64,000 nt of DNA, taken from positions 992,001 through 1,056,000 of the forward strand of contig NC_092673.1 in the NCBI RefSeq assembly GCF_964355755.1, given 5' to 3'. Source of the DNA: Antedon mediterranea. Its lineage: Eukaryota; Animalia; Echinodermata. The notes below the pieces were generated by a model. That model saw only the letters and a program-made list of their open reading frames with translations, did not search any database and was not told the origin of the DNA. Below, in pieces: positions 25,401 through 37,400 of this stretch. Within the stretch, counting starts at the first letter, position 1, and each line of letters begins with the position of its first letter. The translations under genes were made by a program, and so were the position numbers.

Positions 25401-28400
25401 TAACTTTACAATGGTACCAAGAACGATTTTCAAATCGCAATATGTAAATCGTAATAGTAAAATGAAAGTAACCCACTTTTTGAGTTTTTCATAGTTTCGC
25501 GCCATAAAGTCGAGATATTCGCGATTTTGTGCAAGACATCACAATATGAAAATATTGCCCGGTGAGATCAACAAACAACGAAAAAGTTACTTACACGGCA
25601 CCGGTAGGCCTATAAAAACAAGTTATCACTATCGAAAAATGTATTACATTTTATAAATCATAAATCTTGCATCAATGTTTCGCCAAAATCCACATAGTAA
25701 AGACACCAGGCCTAGTTAACTAGGCCTAAAGTTGGTCCGGAACCGTTTTACGACTAGGCCTAGGCTATAGCCTAGTACTACTAGCCTAGCTAGTAAACTG
25801 ATGATAATATTCATACCATTTCTAAACAAGTTTGTTGCATGAAACTCGGCCACTTACAGTGAAACACCAAAACAATTAGGGTATACATACAATAATAAAA
25901 TTAAAGACTTCATATTGAAAATTCATCCATTATTTTTTATTCAGATAACAAACAAACATGCCAATCCACATAAACCTTTGTAATTCTTCGGCGGCATAGC
26001 TAGCGCGACCGATACACAATCTGCCAAACCATCGCTGTACGCGCTACTGTGATGCACGATGTATGTTATTTCGACAGGTACCATTTTGAAAATTGTTCGT
26101 AACCAGATTAGTTACTTTCAAAAAGTAAAATATTCACGGTCCAGACCGAATATAGTGTCCATATTTATAGTATATACCAATAATTAACCTATCTACCGGA
26201 TTTCGTAAAAAAAACCCCGAAAAACGAAGATCTTCGTGTTTGGCAGTCAAGCGTTGTGTTTCTAAAAACGAAAATCTTCGTGTTTGGCAGTCAAGCGTTG
26301 AGTTTCCAAAAACGAAGATCTTCGTGTTTGGCAGTCAAGCGTTGTGTTTCCAAAAACGAAGATCTTCGTGTTTGGCAGTCAAGCGTTGTGTTTCCAAAAA
26401 CGAAGATCTTCGTGTTTGGCAGTCAAAGTGTTAATAGAAGAAGGAAACCTATAAAAGAAATATTCGTAAACCTTTAGCACGAAAAACTCCCCTTAAATTG
26501 CAGAACTGTATTAAACAAAACTGTTTGTTTTTAGTGAGGAAGATGAAGATGACGACGACGACGAGGATGATGATGAGGAAGAAGAAGAGGAGGAGGAGAA
26601 ACCTAAAGCTGTAAAGAAGAAAAATCAAAAGGAACAAAAAAAGGTAACAATTCATTATTAGTAATATCTATCTGCATTGCTTTAAAAACAGAATGCTTGT
26701 TCAGATTTATTTAAAAAGTAAGCATTATGTTAATTAAAGGACAAATAAAATACATATTTTTAACAAAACAAAATAAATGTCCACATTTTAATGTCAATTG
26801 TTTTCTACTTTTAAAATTGACCTTTAATCTCACTAAATCACTTGAAAATTAGAATATTGTGTAAACTTGCATTGTGTATGTAATAATAATAACAACAATA
26901 GTTGAATGCTTTTTTTATTGTATTAGCGCCCTCTCTAAGACATTGCTAAATAAACTGTTTTCATCTTGCTAGTAATTATATATCCGTCTGCAACCAATTG
27001 TATCCGTAACAACAATGTAATTGTTGTGTGTTTTAAAATATTGATTTAAGGGAATTGGAAATATTTAATGTCCTTTTCACTTCCTTATTTCCATACACCT
27101 CTGACATGTGTACCCCGACAGGAAACATTTTAGGTCGTCGCAAATGTTTGTTGATGGTTTTGTTTTATTTGATAATCCTGAGTGATTCATTAATTTGTGT
27201 TTCCCCTCGTAACACTCATCGCTCAGTAAATCAGGTACAGACAAGATGGGTGTTCAGAAGGGCACAGTAGGCTAAAAGACAGGAAGTCATAACAAGGCCA
27301 CCAAGGAAGCTACAGGGCCTAGTATTTTTGTTTTGCTACTGTTGTTAAAAATGATCTGTTCTTAATAACAGTAGCCACTTTTAAAGAATTTTAAACCACT
27401 CTAATGTATTTTAAGGGTATGTGTCATTTTTTAAATCCTTCATTGGATTACAATAAGGGTTACAAGATGGGTAACAACTGTTGTTTAAAACAGTCTACTG
27501 TATGCATCAGTATAAGTACACATTTTATCATTTTAATACCACGTGTTTATGGATGCATGCCATTATCTTGTCTGTTTTCTTTGACATGGAAGAGCACCAT
27601 CAGCGCTTTTTGCGGATATGGCACTATAAAAATCTACATTATTATTTTAGCAAAAAATGTAAAAAATTTCATCTTAAAATACCTTGCCATCCTCAGACCT
27701 AAACAGTTTTACCCATCTGAAGAAAGAATAAGTGTACACAATTTAGATCAACTTACAATGTCATGGGCATTAAACAAATGCTGAATGTTTGTCATTTTTA
27801 TGCAAAGTTTGTAAATTGTCAACCAAAAATGTTTATTTTAAAAAGTAACATATTTTTCTGATGAATAACAATATTACATAGATATTTATTTGTATAAGCT
27901 CAAAGCGGATCAAAATTGTTAATTCAATATGTACTTGAAGTGCAAATAGACCCACATCTAACTTAATCCTTTAATAATGCATTTAAACCACATATAAATT
28001 ATTTACTTTGTACACTTCCAATTTACAAGTTTTTGTGTGGGATTTCTCATTATGATTTATTATTCCAATTACACAAGTCTATTTTTATTTTATTGTTGGT
28101 GGTCGTTCAGCTTTATTAGAAAGTTTTAGGAAAAGTAAATTTGTCCGGTAAAGGGATGTAACCTCCACAATGACTAGCATAAATCTATATAAATTTAATT
28201 CAACACCACTTTAAGGTAATTTGATGATGACAAATTAATCAATTCATTTACTCTTATTTATTAGCTGAGGGATCGTAAATTGCTGTTGTGGTTGGGAAGG
28301 GGAATGCCAATGTTTATTAGATCCTATTGATATAAACAAAATGTTTATAGACCAATTACTGCCAAGTTTGTGCATTAACTTTCTACACTTTTTGATGGAT

Positions 28401-31400
28401 TGGAAGTTGTTAATTGTCTTGTGGTTTAGTCTCTTAATTATTTGCATCAACAGATAAAAAGATTATTCAATAATGTTGATTTTAACTTATTTTCTGCTGT
28501 GTCATTTCTTATCAAGGAAATTCAACTTTAAAATAATTCTTTATAATATTTAGCATAATGATTTCTCCACTCTGGAGGAGTGTTCTCTTCGACTAAAACC
28601 AGTAAGAAACATGGCCACTATGGCAAGGTTTGTCATTTTTTTAATGCTATGGTGAATAGATTACACAAAACATGAGACTTGCTGTAATGTTACTATAATA
28701 ACATGTAATACGCTTAAGCACTCCTGAGTGGTATGTGCGCTATATAAATCCATATTAGGTCTGACAGAGCATAGGACACAACTAGCTGGATTTCCACATG
28801 CTTACGGACTACCGTATACCAACTTAATTTTGATTAAAATGTTAGAATCTTGAAACCATCATTATTTCACCCGTGGCTTTACCTATCTTCTTCTAGAGCA
28901 TTTGTTCATCACACCTATAATATGCCATGGTTTATTTCAATCCCTTACATTTTTAAAATCTTTTTTTTATATCTATAACTATCAGTAAAAAAGGTGTTTT
29001 TCAATAAATTTATTATTATAAACGACTTGTTTAAAAAAAACTTCTTATAATATACCATATCTATAACTATTAGGAAAAAAACCCCAATTTGATCAATAAA
29101 GTAGTTATTGTTAGTGAGAACACTTATTTAGTATTTAAATTTTTAGTTCTATTTTCTATGAAATTATTTTAATTGGCCGACATCTGTGTTATTAAAACGG
29201 ATGTTCTTATTTTATGTAATAGAATAATTGATGTGAATTATTTGTCTCTTCTGCATCACTGATTCTTAAATTGCACACAACATTGAAAACAAATTGTCAT
29301 CAATTGGCCGCTAATCCCAGCTTCCTTATTGCATTTTTGAACAAATAATTTGAGGTCATTTAGGTCATTTCTAAATCATCTGCCGGCCTTAAATGAATTT
29401 TGCTTTTTTCTATAATTTATTCAGTTGAAATTGTATTTTCCTGCCCTTGGTACAACCCTTTCCATTTCAATGTTTCATGCAGGTCAAAGTAACATTTATT
29501 TTTTTTCTAATTTCATAATTAATAAATTATAATAATCCAAAACAGCAAAGCCTCTAAGAGTCGGCCCATTTATTTTTTCTGGAATCTTAGATCTTAAGAG
29601 AAAGTGATATCTTCCTTTTCAACTAGATATCAAATAATGTTCCAGAAGGTCTTTTATTCTTGACAGTTTTTTATCATTATTCATAATCCATTAGTTTTTT
29701 TTGTATGTTTTCCTAGTTAATGCATTACATGTATGTTTCATTGTAGTTGTGATTCATACCGGAATGAAATGGTTTTTTTTTAACTTAATTATTAATCATT
29801 TGGGAATCTAAAAATAATGTGAAATAGATTAAGTTTAAACTTGAAATCAAATATTAGGGATATTTCCTAAAAATATTCATTCCTCAGATTAAAAATTGCT
29901 TAAAATAACAAATTGGAGAGGAGAGATAGGGGAGAAGAAAAGAAGGGGGTCGGGGGTAGGTTTGAGAAGGGAGAAGAAAAGAAGGGGTCGGGGGTAGGTT
30001 TGAGGAGAGATAGGGGAGAAGAAAAGAAGGGGGGTTGGAGGTAGGTTTGAGGAGAGATAGAAGAGAAGAAAAGAAGGGGGTCGGGGGTAGGTTTGAGGAG
30101 AGATAGGGGAGAAGAAAAGAAGGGGGTTGGGGGTAGATTTGTCCTTTTGTATTCTTTCCATTTCCATCCAAGAATTATTCAAACTTTATGATGTTAATTA
30201 TGTTGTTTTAATTACGATAATGGAAATTGAATTAAATATTCATGTCAAAATTGATGTATCGTTCGAACGTACAGTATGTCAATTAGGCATTCTGTTAAAT
30301 TATATTAATTTAAACTGCAGAAACTATAAACTAATTATTTTTGATATTGATAAATTATTTATGTAAAATGTTAGAATCCGATTCAAAACTTTAATCTTCG
30401 ACGTGATATCTCGACAAATTGGTGAGGAGGTTGGAATGGTGTTTTCATGTTAAGTTTTATCTTGCACCTATATTTTGAGTAACTTTTTTGCTTTCTTTAC
30501 ATAAATAAGTCAGGATATTTAGTAATAATCATTCTAATGGATTCTGTTTGTGGGTTAATGAATACAGCATGGACGCTAGTCTTAACGGTTTTTTATGGCC
30601 CTGCAATTAACTCATTTTCTCGCTTAATGTAGCACTTATTGGGTGAAGTTATTGCACTGTTTTGCACCCACTTGGGAACTAAATACTAATAATAAACCTA
30701 GTTTGTTTGTTAATCAGAAAAGTTTGATGTCATATTTGTTCACAAGATCTTGGTCTACCCCGTTAATTCTCAACAGAAGTGTGTGTATATGTCGTGCAAA
30801 TTAAAAATAATTTCTCCAACGATTTATAGCCTGTTGTTGCATTGTCGAACAGGACTTAACGTTTCAGATCAAAATCGCATTTCCTGATCTGAGTTTTTTC
30901 TGACACTGAAGCCTCCCAGCAATGACATTACCCCCATGGCTGTGATTGGTCAATCTCTAGTAACTGCCCGAGAATCGGCCACTCCAGACTATTCCCAGGG
31001 TACATTAAGGCTGTCAATGCAAAACATACTTTGTGCGTTTTGTTTATCACCACTTCTTAACTTAAAACAGAATTGTGCAGTTTTGTTCAATTACTGTTTC
31101 CTTCATAGTTCAACCAACTCCTTATCTTGGTATTAGAAAAATGAATTCTTTCAAAGTGATTCCCTATCTTAATCATTTTTGTATCACCTTTGTATAATTC
31201 AACAAATGGGTGTCGTAACAAAATAATTTGGGAGAAAAAAATAACTAAATAAAGTAAAAAAGTAGCATCAATTTATCTTAGTTATTAAGTGGTATGTAAT
31301 GGGCTTGTTAACAATCTTGATTATGTTTACTTATGTCGATATCAATTTTTTTTACATCCATCTGTTATTTTTTGAATATTTTCAAGCAAAATTGGAAGAA

Positions 31401-34400
31401 TTTTTTGTAACTATCTGCATATATTTCGTTATTTTAAACAATGAAAAATATGCACGTGTACGACATTTCGACTTGTTGTCAACATATCTTTATCTGGCAA
31501 TGACTAGATGTTAATAACATAAAACCAGATGAAAAACATTTTTTGAAAATGTGTAACCATATACCACAATTATACTGTACATAGATATAGATCATCTTAA
31601 GCCTGAAGCGATTGGAAATGACCATAATTCAGGTTCCATCATCAAGCCTGCCCAGAAGATATCTGCTGAGGCTAGATAAGTAATAAAACCCAGTCATTCC
31701 TCTTATTCCAATTTTTGTTAAAGCGGCCTAGAAATGAAAGTGAAATGGGGAATGCACTTCATAGGTTCTTTCTGGTTTTGATGGAAACCAGATATTTTCT
31801 CCTTAGGGTTGTCTGATGTGCTTTGGCCCCAGACACCACACTTTATGCTTAGGGTTGTCCAGTGTGTGTTATACGGCCTTAACACGTTGAAACACCGGTT
31901 CTCGTCAGATCATCGAAGTTAAGCAATGTTGGGCCCAGTTAAAGCTTGTATAGGGGACCATCTGGGAATACCGGGTGCTGTATATGGAGCTGGGGTCCCA
32001 TTAGACATTTGAAATCAGCACTACTGACTCTTATGGCAGCTCCCGCATCTAGTATCTGCCTCAGATGTATTGGCTTATGCCTCTCCTCTGGTTAAGGTGG
32101 ACACTGGACGAGAGAAACCCTTGGTCAATGTTGGGACAAGGCAAATGTGCTTTAAACAGTCTTGGTCATCATTCAGATAAATGTAAGACTAATTGCTAAC
32201 TAAACAACATTTTTACTTAGCCTTTATTTTTGACTTGTATTTCTTTTTCAATTATAAAATTGTTCACATTTTTTTTTAGTAAAATAGATTTCCTAAATTA
32301 AATATTTATTTTTAAGAATGCTTTTGTGCTTTTATTATTTTTAGCTAGAGTAAGGTACTTATCAATTGACAGTGAGCGTGTGAACTTTGTAAATTAGCAG
32401 AGAGCATAGTTCACACCTTAGCAATTAGTGTGACCGTTGTACCTAGGGACTTGAGCCTGATGACCGGAGAGGAGATTGAACTTAAGGCATTTAAATGTCT
32501 TCAGATATTAAAATGACCTGCAGTAGGTGTAATAGAAGGAAGGGAGGGTGATTTAGAAGTTAGCGCTGTCAGGTGACACTTATCAGAGACTTGGACATAA
32601 TCTTCGGGTTATATCTAGACCGTGAAGGAAAAACTGAAAATTGGTCACTTGGTCAACAGATTGTTCACATAGCTCATGTTCTTACATTTTATCTACGTTA
32701 AGTTTTTAAAGGATTTATTTATATAATTTATACAGCAGAATTCCTGCTTTAGGACATTCCTATTTAGGAGAACACTTGTCATGAAATATTACTACATTTG
32801 TGTCCCCCTCAATGAAGGTTCTACTTTATTCAAAATGTAAAAAAAGAAATAGAAAGTTTCCTCATAAAACTTTACATTAAAAGATTGGGGAAGTTAATTC
32901 CATTTAAAAATTGCACATTTGATTATTATTTTTGGTCATCATAAGTAAGGACAGCCAATTGTGCAAAATATGCAACAGTAGTAATTCATCAACTAGTTTA
33001 AATGTGTGAATGTCTTACTACTTTTTTCATATCTTTTCCTTTAGTCTGATAAATTTTGATTAGAAATTTGTTTTTCTACGAACCTGTAAATATGTCTATA
33101 AAGTGACACGTTCGTGCATCTGTCGTAATCAAGTAAAAAATGTTGCCATTTTGAATTAGAAACATTACGACTTCCTTTCAGAATTGTACAGTAGGCTTCC
33201 TTATTTTTGATGTCCTTTGTGTATTTGTCCCAAGACTCGAACACTAACCCATGAAGGAAATGTGCCGCAGAATTTGGATATTGCACATTCTATGTGTCTT
33301 ATGATATCATACGGTTACGTCATTTTCTAAAAAATATATTTTATTTATTTCATCCACATTTGTGTCAGAGATCGGAAATAGTCTTTATACCAACCCCTAA
33401 ACAGAAAAGACAAGGAAACAGAGCTTTACATGTCATATCATTTATAATGTTAGATAAGTAAACAAAAATCATAAAAATAAAAATTGTGTTTCGGATATTT
33501 CATAAAAATGTAACTACGGCACATTTTATGATATGAACGTTTGCATTCAGAGATAAGAATTGTTGGAATACAAAATTCTTTATTAAAAACTGTCAAGTAT
33601 TTGATATATTTATGTAAAAAAAAAATATACCCAAACAGGATGGATTTCCTTAAAAAAGTAGAGATTGTGAACGAGAAAATGTTACTTTATTACGCTTTCC
33701 AGAGGTTTCCGTTAAAATTAAACTTGACAAAACTTTAAAAAATGTTTTGGGGTGGGACAAAGAATTTGAAGGTGGGTATCCACACCCAATCACGCACAAT
33801 TACATCTACTACCCTGACTACTTAATTTTGTTCGCATGGATTATGTCCAGCCTACTCGACAAATGATTAGCGGATATGCAATCTGTCAGTCATGGAAAAT
33901 GAACCGCTTCCACAGGGAATGTATATGCCATTGGGATGCTTACATTTGTTAGTACATTTAATAGTCTTGTTTAGATAATTGGCATTGGTCTTGTATTAAT
34001 AACATCAATATATAATATAATTGACTGTCAATGTATAATATTACTAGTTAAGTATTAAATGAAATGTCATTATAATAATTCAGTCTATTAAATCAAATAG
34101 TTAACTAAGTCCAGCGTGATGGTTTAAATCCGTATAAGAGTCTAGGGACTGTCTCAATTGACAGTTAATATTAAATTATGTGCTCTAGTTGGTAAAATAT
34201 TAATTTAGCCAAATATCCATGTATTTATTTCTCATGCATTATTTATAGTGCGTAGTTTTTTCCCCCGTTTTTTGTTCTTAAAATAAAATCTCTCCACAAC
34301 ACAAATAAATATGGAATTTAAATATAAAAAAGATAAAATAAATGTTGTAACTGCTAGCAGATTTTTATTTTTTATATTATGTTTAAATTTTTAATTCTTT

Positions 34401-37400
34401 GTTGTATATGCTATACTCAATTTAATTCATCTGTAAATGTATAAATAGTATAAGAATGTTTTAAATAATTTTAAAAAATTATTATACAGTATTATAAATA
34501 TATTTAAATGTATGGCATATTTAGTTTTATTCAAACTTGTGACACTCACTATCGCTGGTGGTTTTTTTGAAAAAATAAATAAATTTCCAAAAATAGCGAA
34601 CAACCTTGATATTATTACAAAATGTCATTTTATTAATATCTTCCATAATTGGATATTCTTCTACATATACATCTTTAATTTGCAAGTAATGTCGACTTTT
34701 TAATTTTCAAGTTATGTCAACTTTTACAAAATGCTTATGATATTCCACACATCGTATCTTATATGATTTAATTAATTTTCTTAAAAGTTAATTATAGAAA
34801 CGAGACAATCAATAAACAGGATATTAAAGTGTTTTCCCATTTCCGCTTTTAATGCCTCGTAGGTTTATCATTCGTAAATTAAATAAAATGAAAAACTGAG
34901 CCACAATAAATTGTTTAAGGCTTATAAAAAAAATTGGTGAATTCAATTGTGTGCGTCTTTTGTCTTTTAGAACACAAAGATAAATGGCAAAGCATCAAAA
35001 ACAGAAGTAAAGACTCCAGGAGGGGGAGATGCTAAGGTAAGCTAGTATATGGGGCATAGAGGGTTCAAAAACAGAAGTATAGACTCCAGGAGGGGCAGAT
35101 GCTAAGGTAAGCTAGTATATGGGGGCATAGAGGGTTCAAAAACAGAAGTAAAGACTCCAGGAGGGGGAGATGCTAAGGTAAGCTAGTACAGTAGAACCTG
35201 TGTTTTACGTACCCTGATTTTACGTTCCCTCGATTTTACGTACGCTTAAAATAACCGATGACGTCATCATTTTCTTGCATTGAGGGCGCAATTTAACAAC
35301 AACAAAGCACACAAAGCCACAATCATGGCTGTGTGAGGAATTCTGCTGTGTGTGGGGGACAAGCTATGCATGTGCATTCCCCTAAAGCAGCGACTGTTTT
35401 TATTGATAGAAAACAATTATATTTTACACTTTATTTAAACATCGCACAGGCTGTATAACTGTACTTTTCTAGTTAGGCCTCACATCTTGCTAGGCCTGCT
35501 AGCCTAGCCCTAGCTAAGCTAGTGACGCATACTGTACACAGTACAGAAGTAGGCAAATACGGCTAGCTACGATCTCTACGTATTTGGGGTCAAGTTAAGG
35601 TCAACCTTGATTTTACGAATCCCCTGTTTTACGTACGCCTTTCGGTCCCGTACCGTACGTAAAATGGAGGTTCTACTGTATATGGGGCATAGAGGGGAGA
35701 TGCTAAGGTAAGCTAGTATATGGGGGCATAGAGGGGGAGATGCTAAGGTAAGCTAGTATATTGGGGCATAGAGGGGAGATGCTAAGGTAAGCTAGTATAT
35801 GGGGGCATAGAGGGTTCAAACTGTAACATTCGAGTTGCCTAGTGGCTAAGACAGAACCGTAATTACGTATCCATAACATCTGCAAGGGTTCAAGGCTAAC
35901 TTGTTTCAAGTCTTCTCGGATAAGGACTGTAAACCGTAGGTCCAGTGTACTCATCTAGCTCATGAACCTAGTACATCTTTCCAGACGAGTAGAAGGTTAT
36001 CCCAGTGTACAAGTACACTCAAAGCCATTGATCATAACTGGGCCCAGTATAAATAAATAAAAATAGCAAATTCATGATTGACATACATGCTAAATTGTAT
36101 CAATATAGTACCGGCACAAGTTGTATGTTTCTGACAAGCAGTTTGATCAATATAAACACAAGTAATATTTCTTTCAAAAGAAGTTGGCTATCAACCTTCT
36201 CCCTTCCTATTTCAATACCAAACCAATAGTTTATGGAAATTAAGATGGGAGAAAGATTATTTATCAAACATTTCTGCTGCAAAAATATTGAATAAGATAC
36301 ATCATAATAAGCTCTGTCTACACTATCAAAATGTATGGAGCAAAAAATGTGATGTGCCCATATATGAATGTGGTGATGTCGTATTTTTTGTAAAACTAGT
36401 TTGATATTGTAGACAGAGCCAGAGTTGTGGCATGGTTTTTAAACCTAATAACTGTGTAAGAGCCAGTATTTAAATCAGGCCTTATATTTGACAGTAAAGC
36501 AATTTAATCTTTGATTTATTTTTAACCATTAGTTTTTGAAAAAAGTATTTGAAATGATGATTTAATTAATTACTAATATATTATGAATATTAATTTGCTA
36601 TCCAATTTATATATAGGCCAAGTACACATCCTGAAATAAAACATACGCAGAATATTGCCGTTTGAATGATTTAAGTAGATTTCTTATTCTAATGGGATTG
36701 CAATATTTGACCGTAAATAAATATTATTTTAACCCGTCACCGTCTCGTTTTAATGTTGCATTGAAAAAAAAATAGGCAAAATCTTAACATTTATTCTCCT
36801 GTGAGTAGAGATTAATCTTATCTCTTTTTCTGCTGAATATTTCATTTCTTATTGGCCTTCAAAGTTATTTCAAAATGTAATTTTGGTTTTAAATTTTGTA
36901 TTTGTCAACAGCAATTAACAAACTCATTTTTAGATATTCAAAAGGAATACACTAAAAGCCAAAAAAATTGTAAAGAAAAACAAGTTTTGTTTACCTTAAC
37001 TTATTTACCTTAATTTATTTAGATTTTACTAAATGATTTTTATTTAAAGTATAGTAGAACATTGACATGTGAAATAGATAACTATTCATTAATTCTAATT
37101 TAAATACAACACATGTATGCTAATTAGTTTAAAGCATTGTCCGTCTTGTCCATCAGAGTACATGTGTCGTACATTACAGTAATTGGATGTAATGTAATTT
37201 TCACCTGTAATTAAGAGTGGACTTGGTTGTCGTTAAAATGTGTAAGAACGTTTTTCTGGGGAATCTCTTAGTTAAGAAAACACTAGTCATCCTTGTCTAT
37301 AAAGATTGCCAAGTATAATATGATGCTTACCACGAAACCCACTTTCTCAACTACCTTTCTAAAACTGTCTTGAAAAAACTTAGCGTGAAATATTGGTGGT

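Noticed and set aside
31868-31984. Functional 5S rRNA gene
   Set aside because: Multiple substitutions in the internal control region, no oligo-T terminator, and a solitary intronic location.
36934-36969. Possible extra in-frame K-rich NPM exon (IFKRNTLKAKKI)
   Set aside because: Weak donor in A-rich DNA, and the protein is coherent without it.
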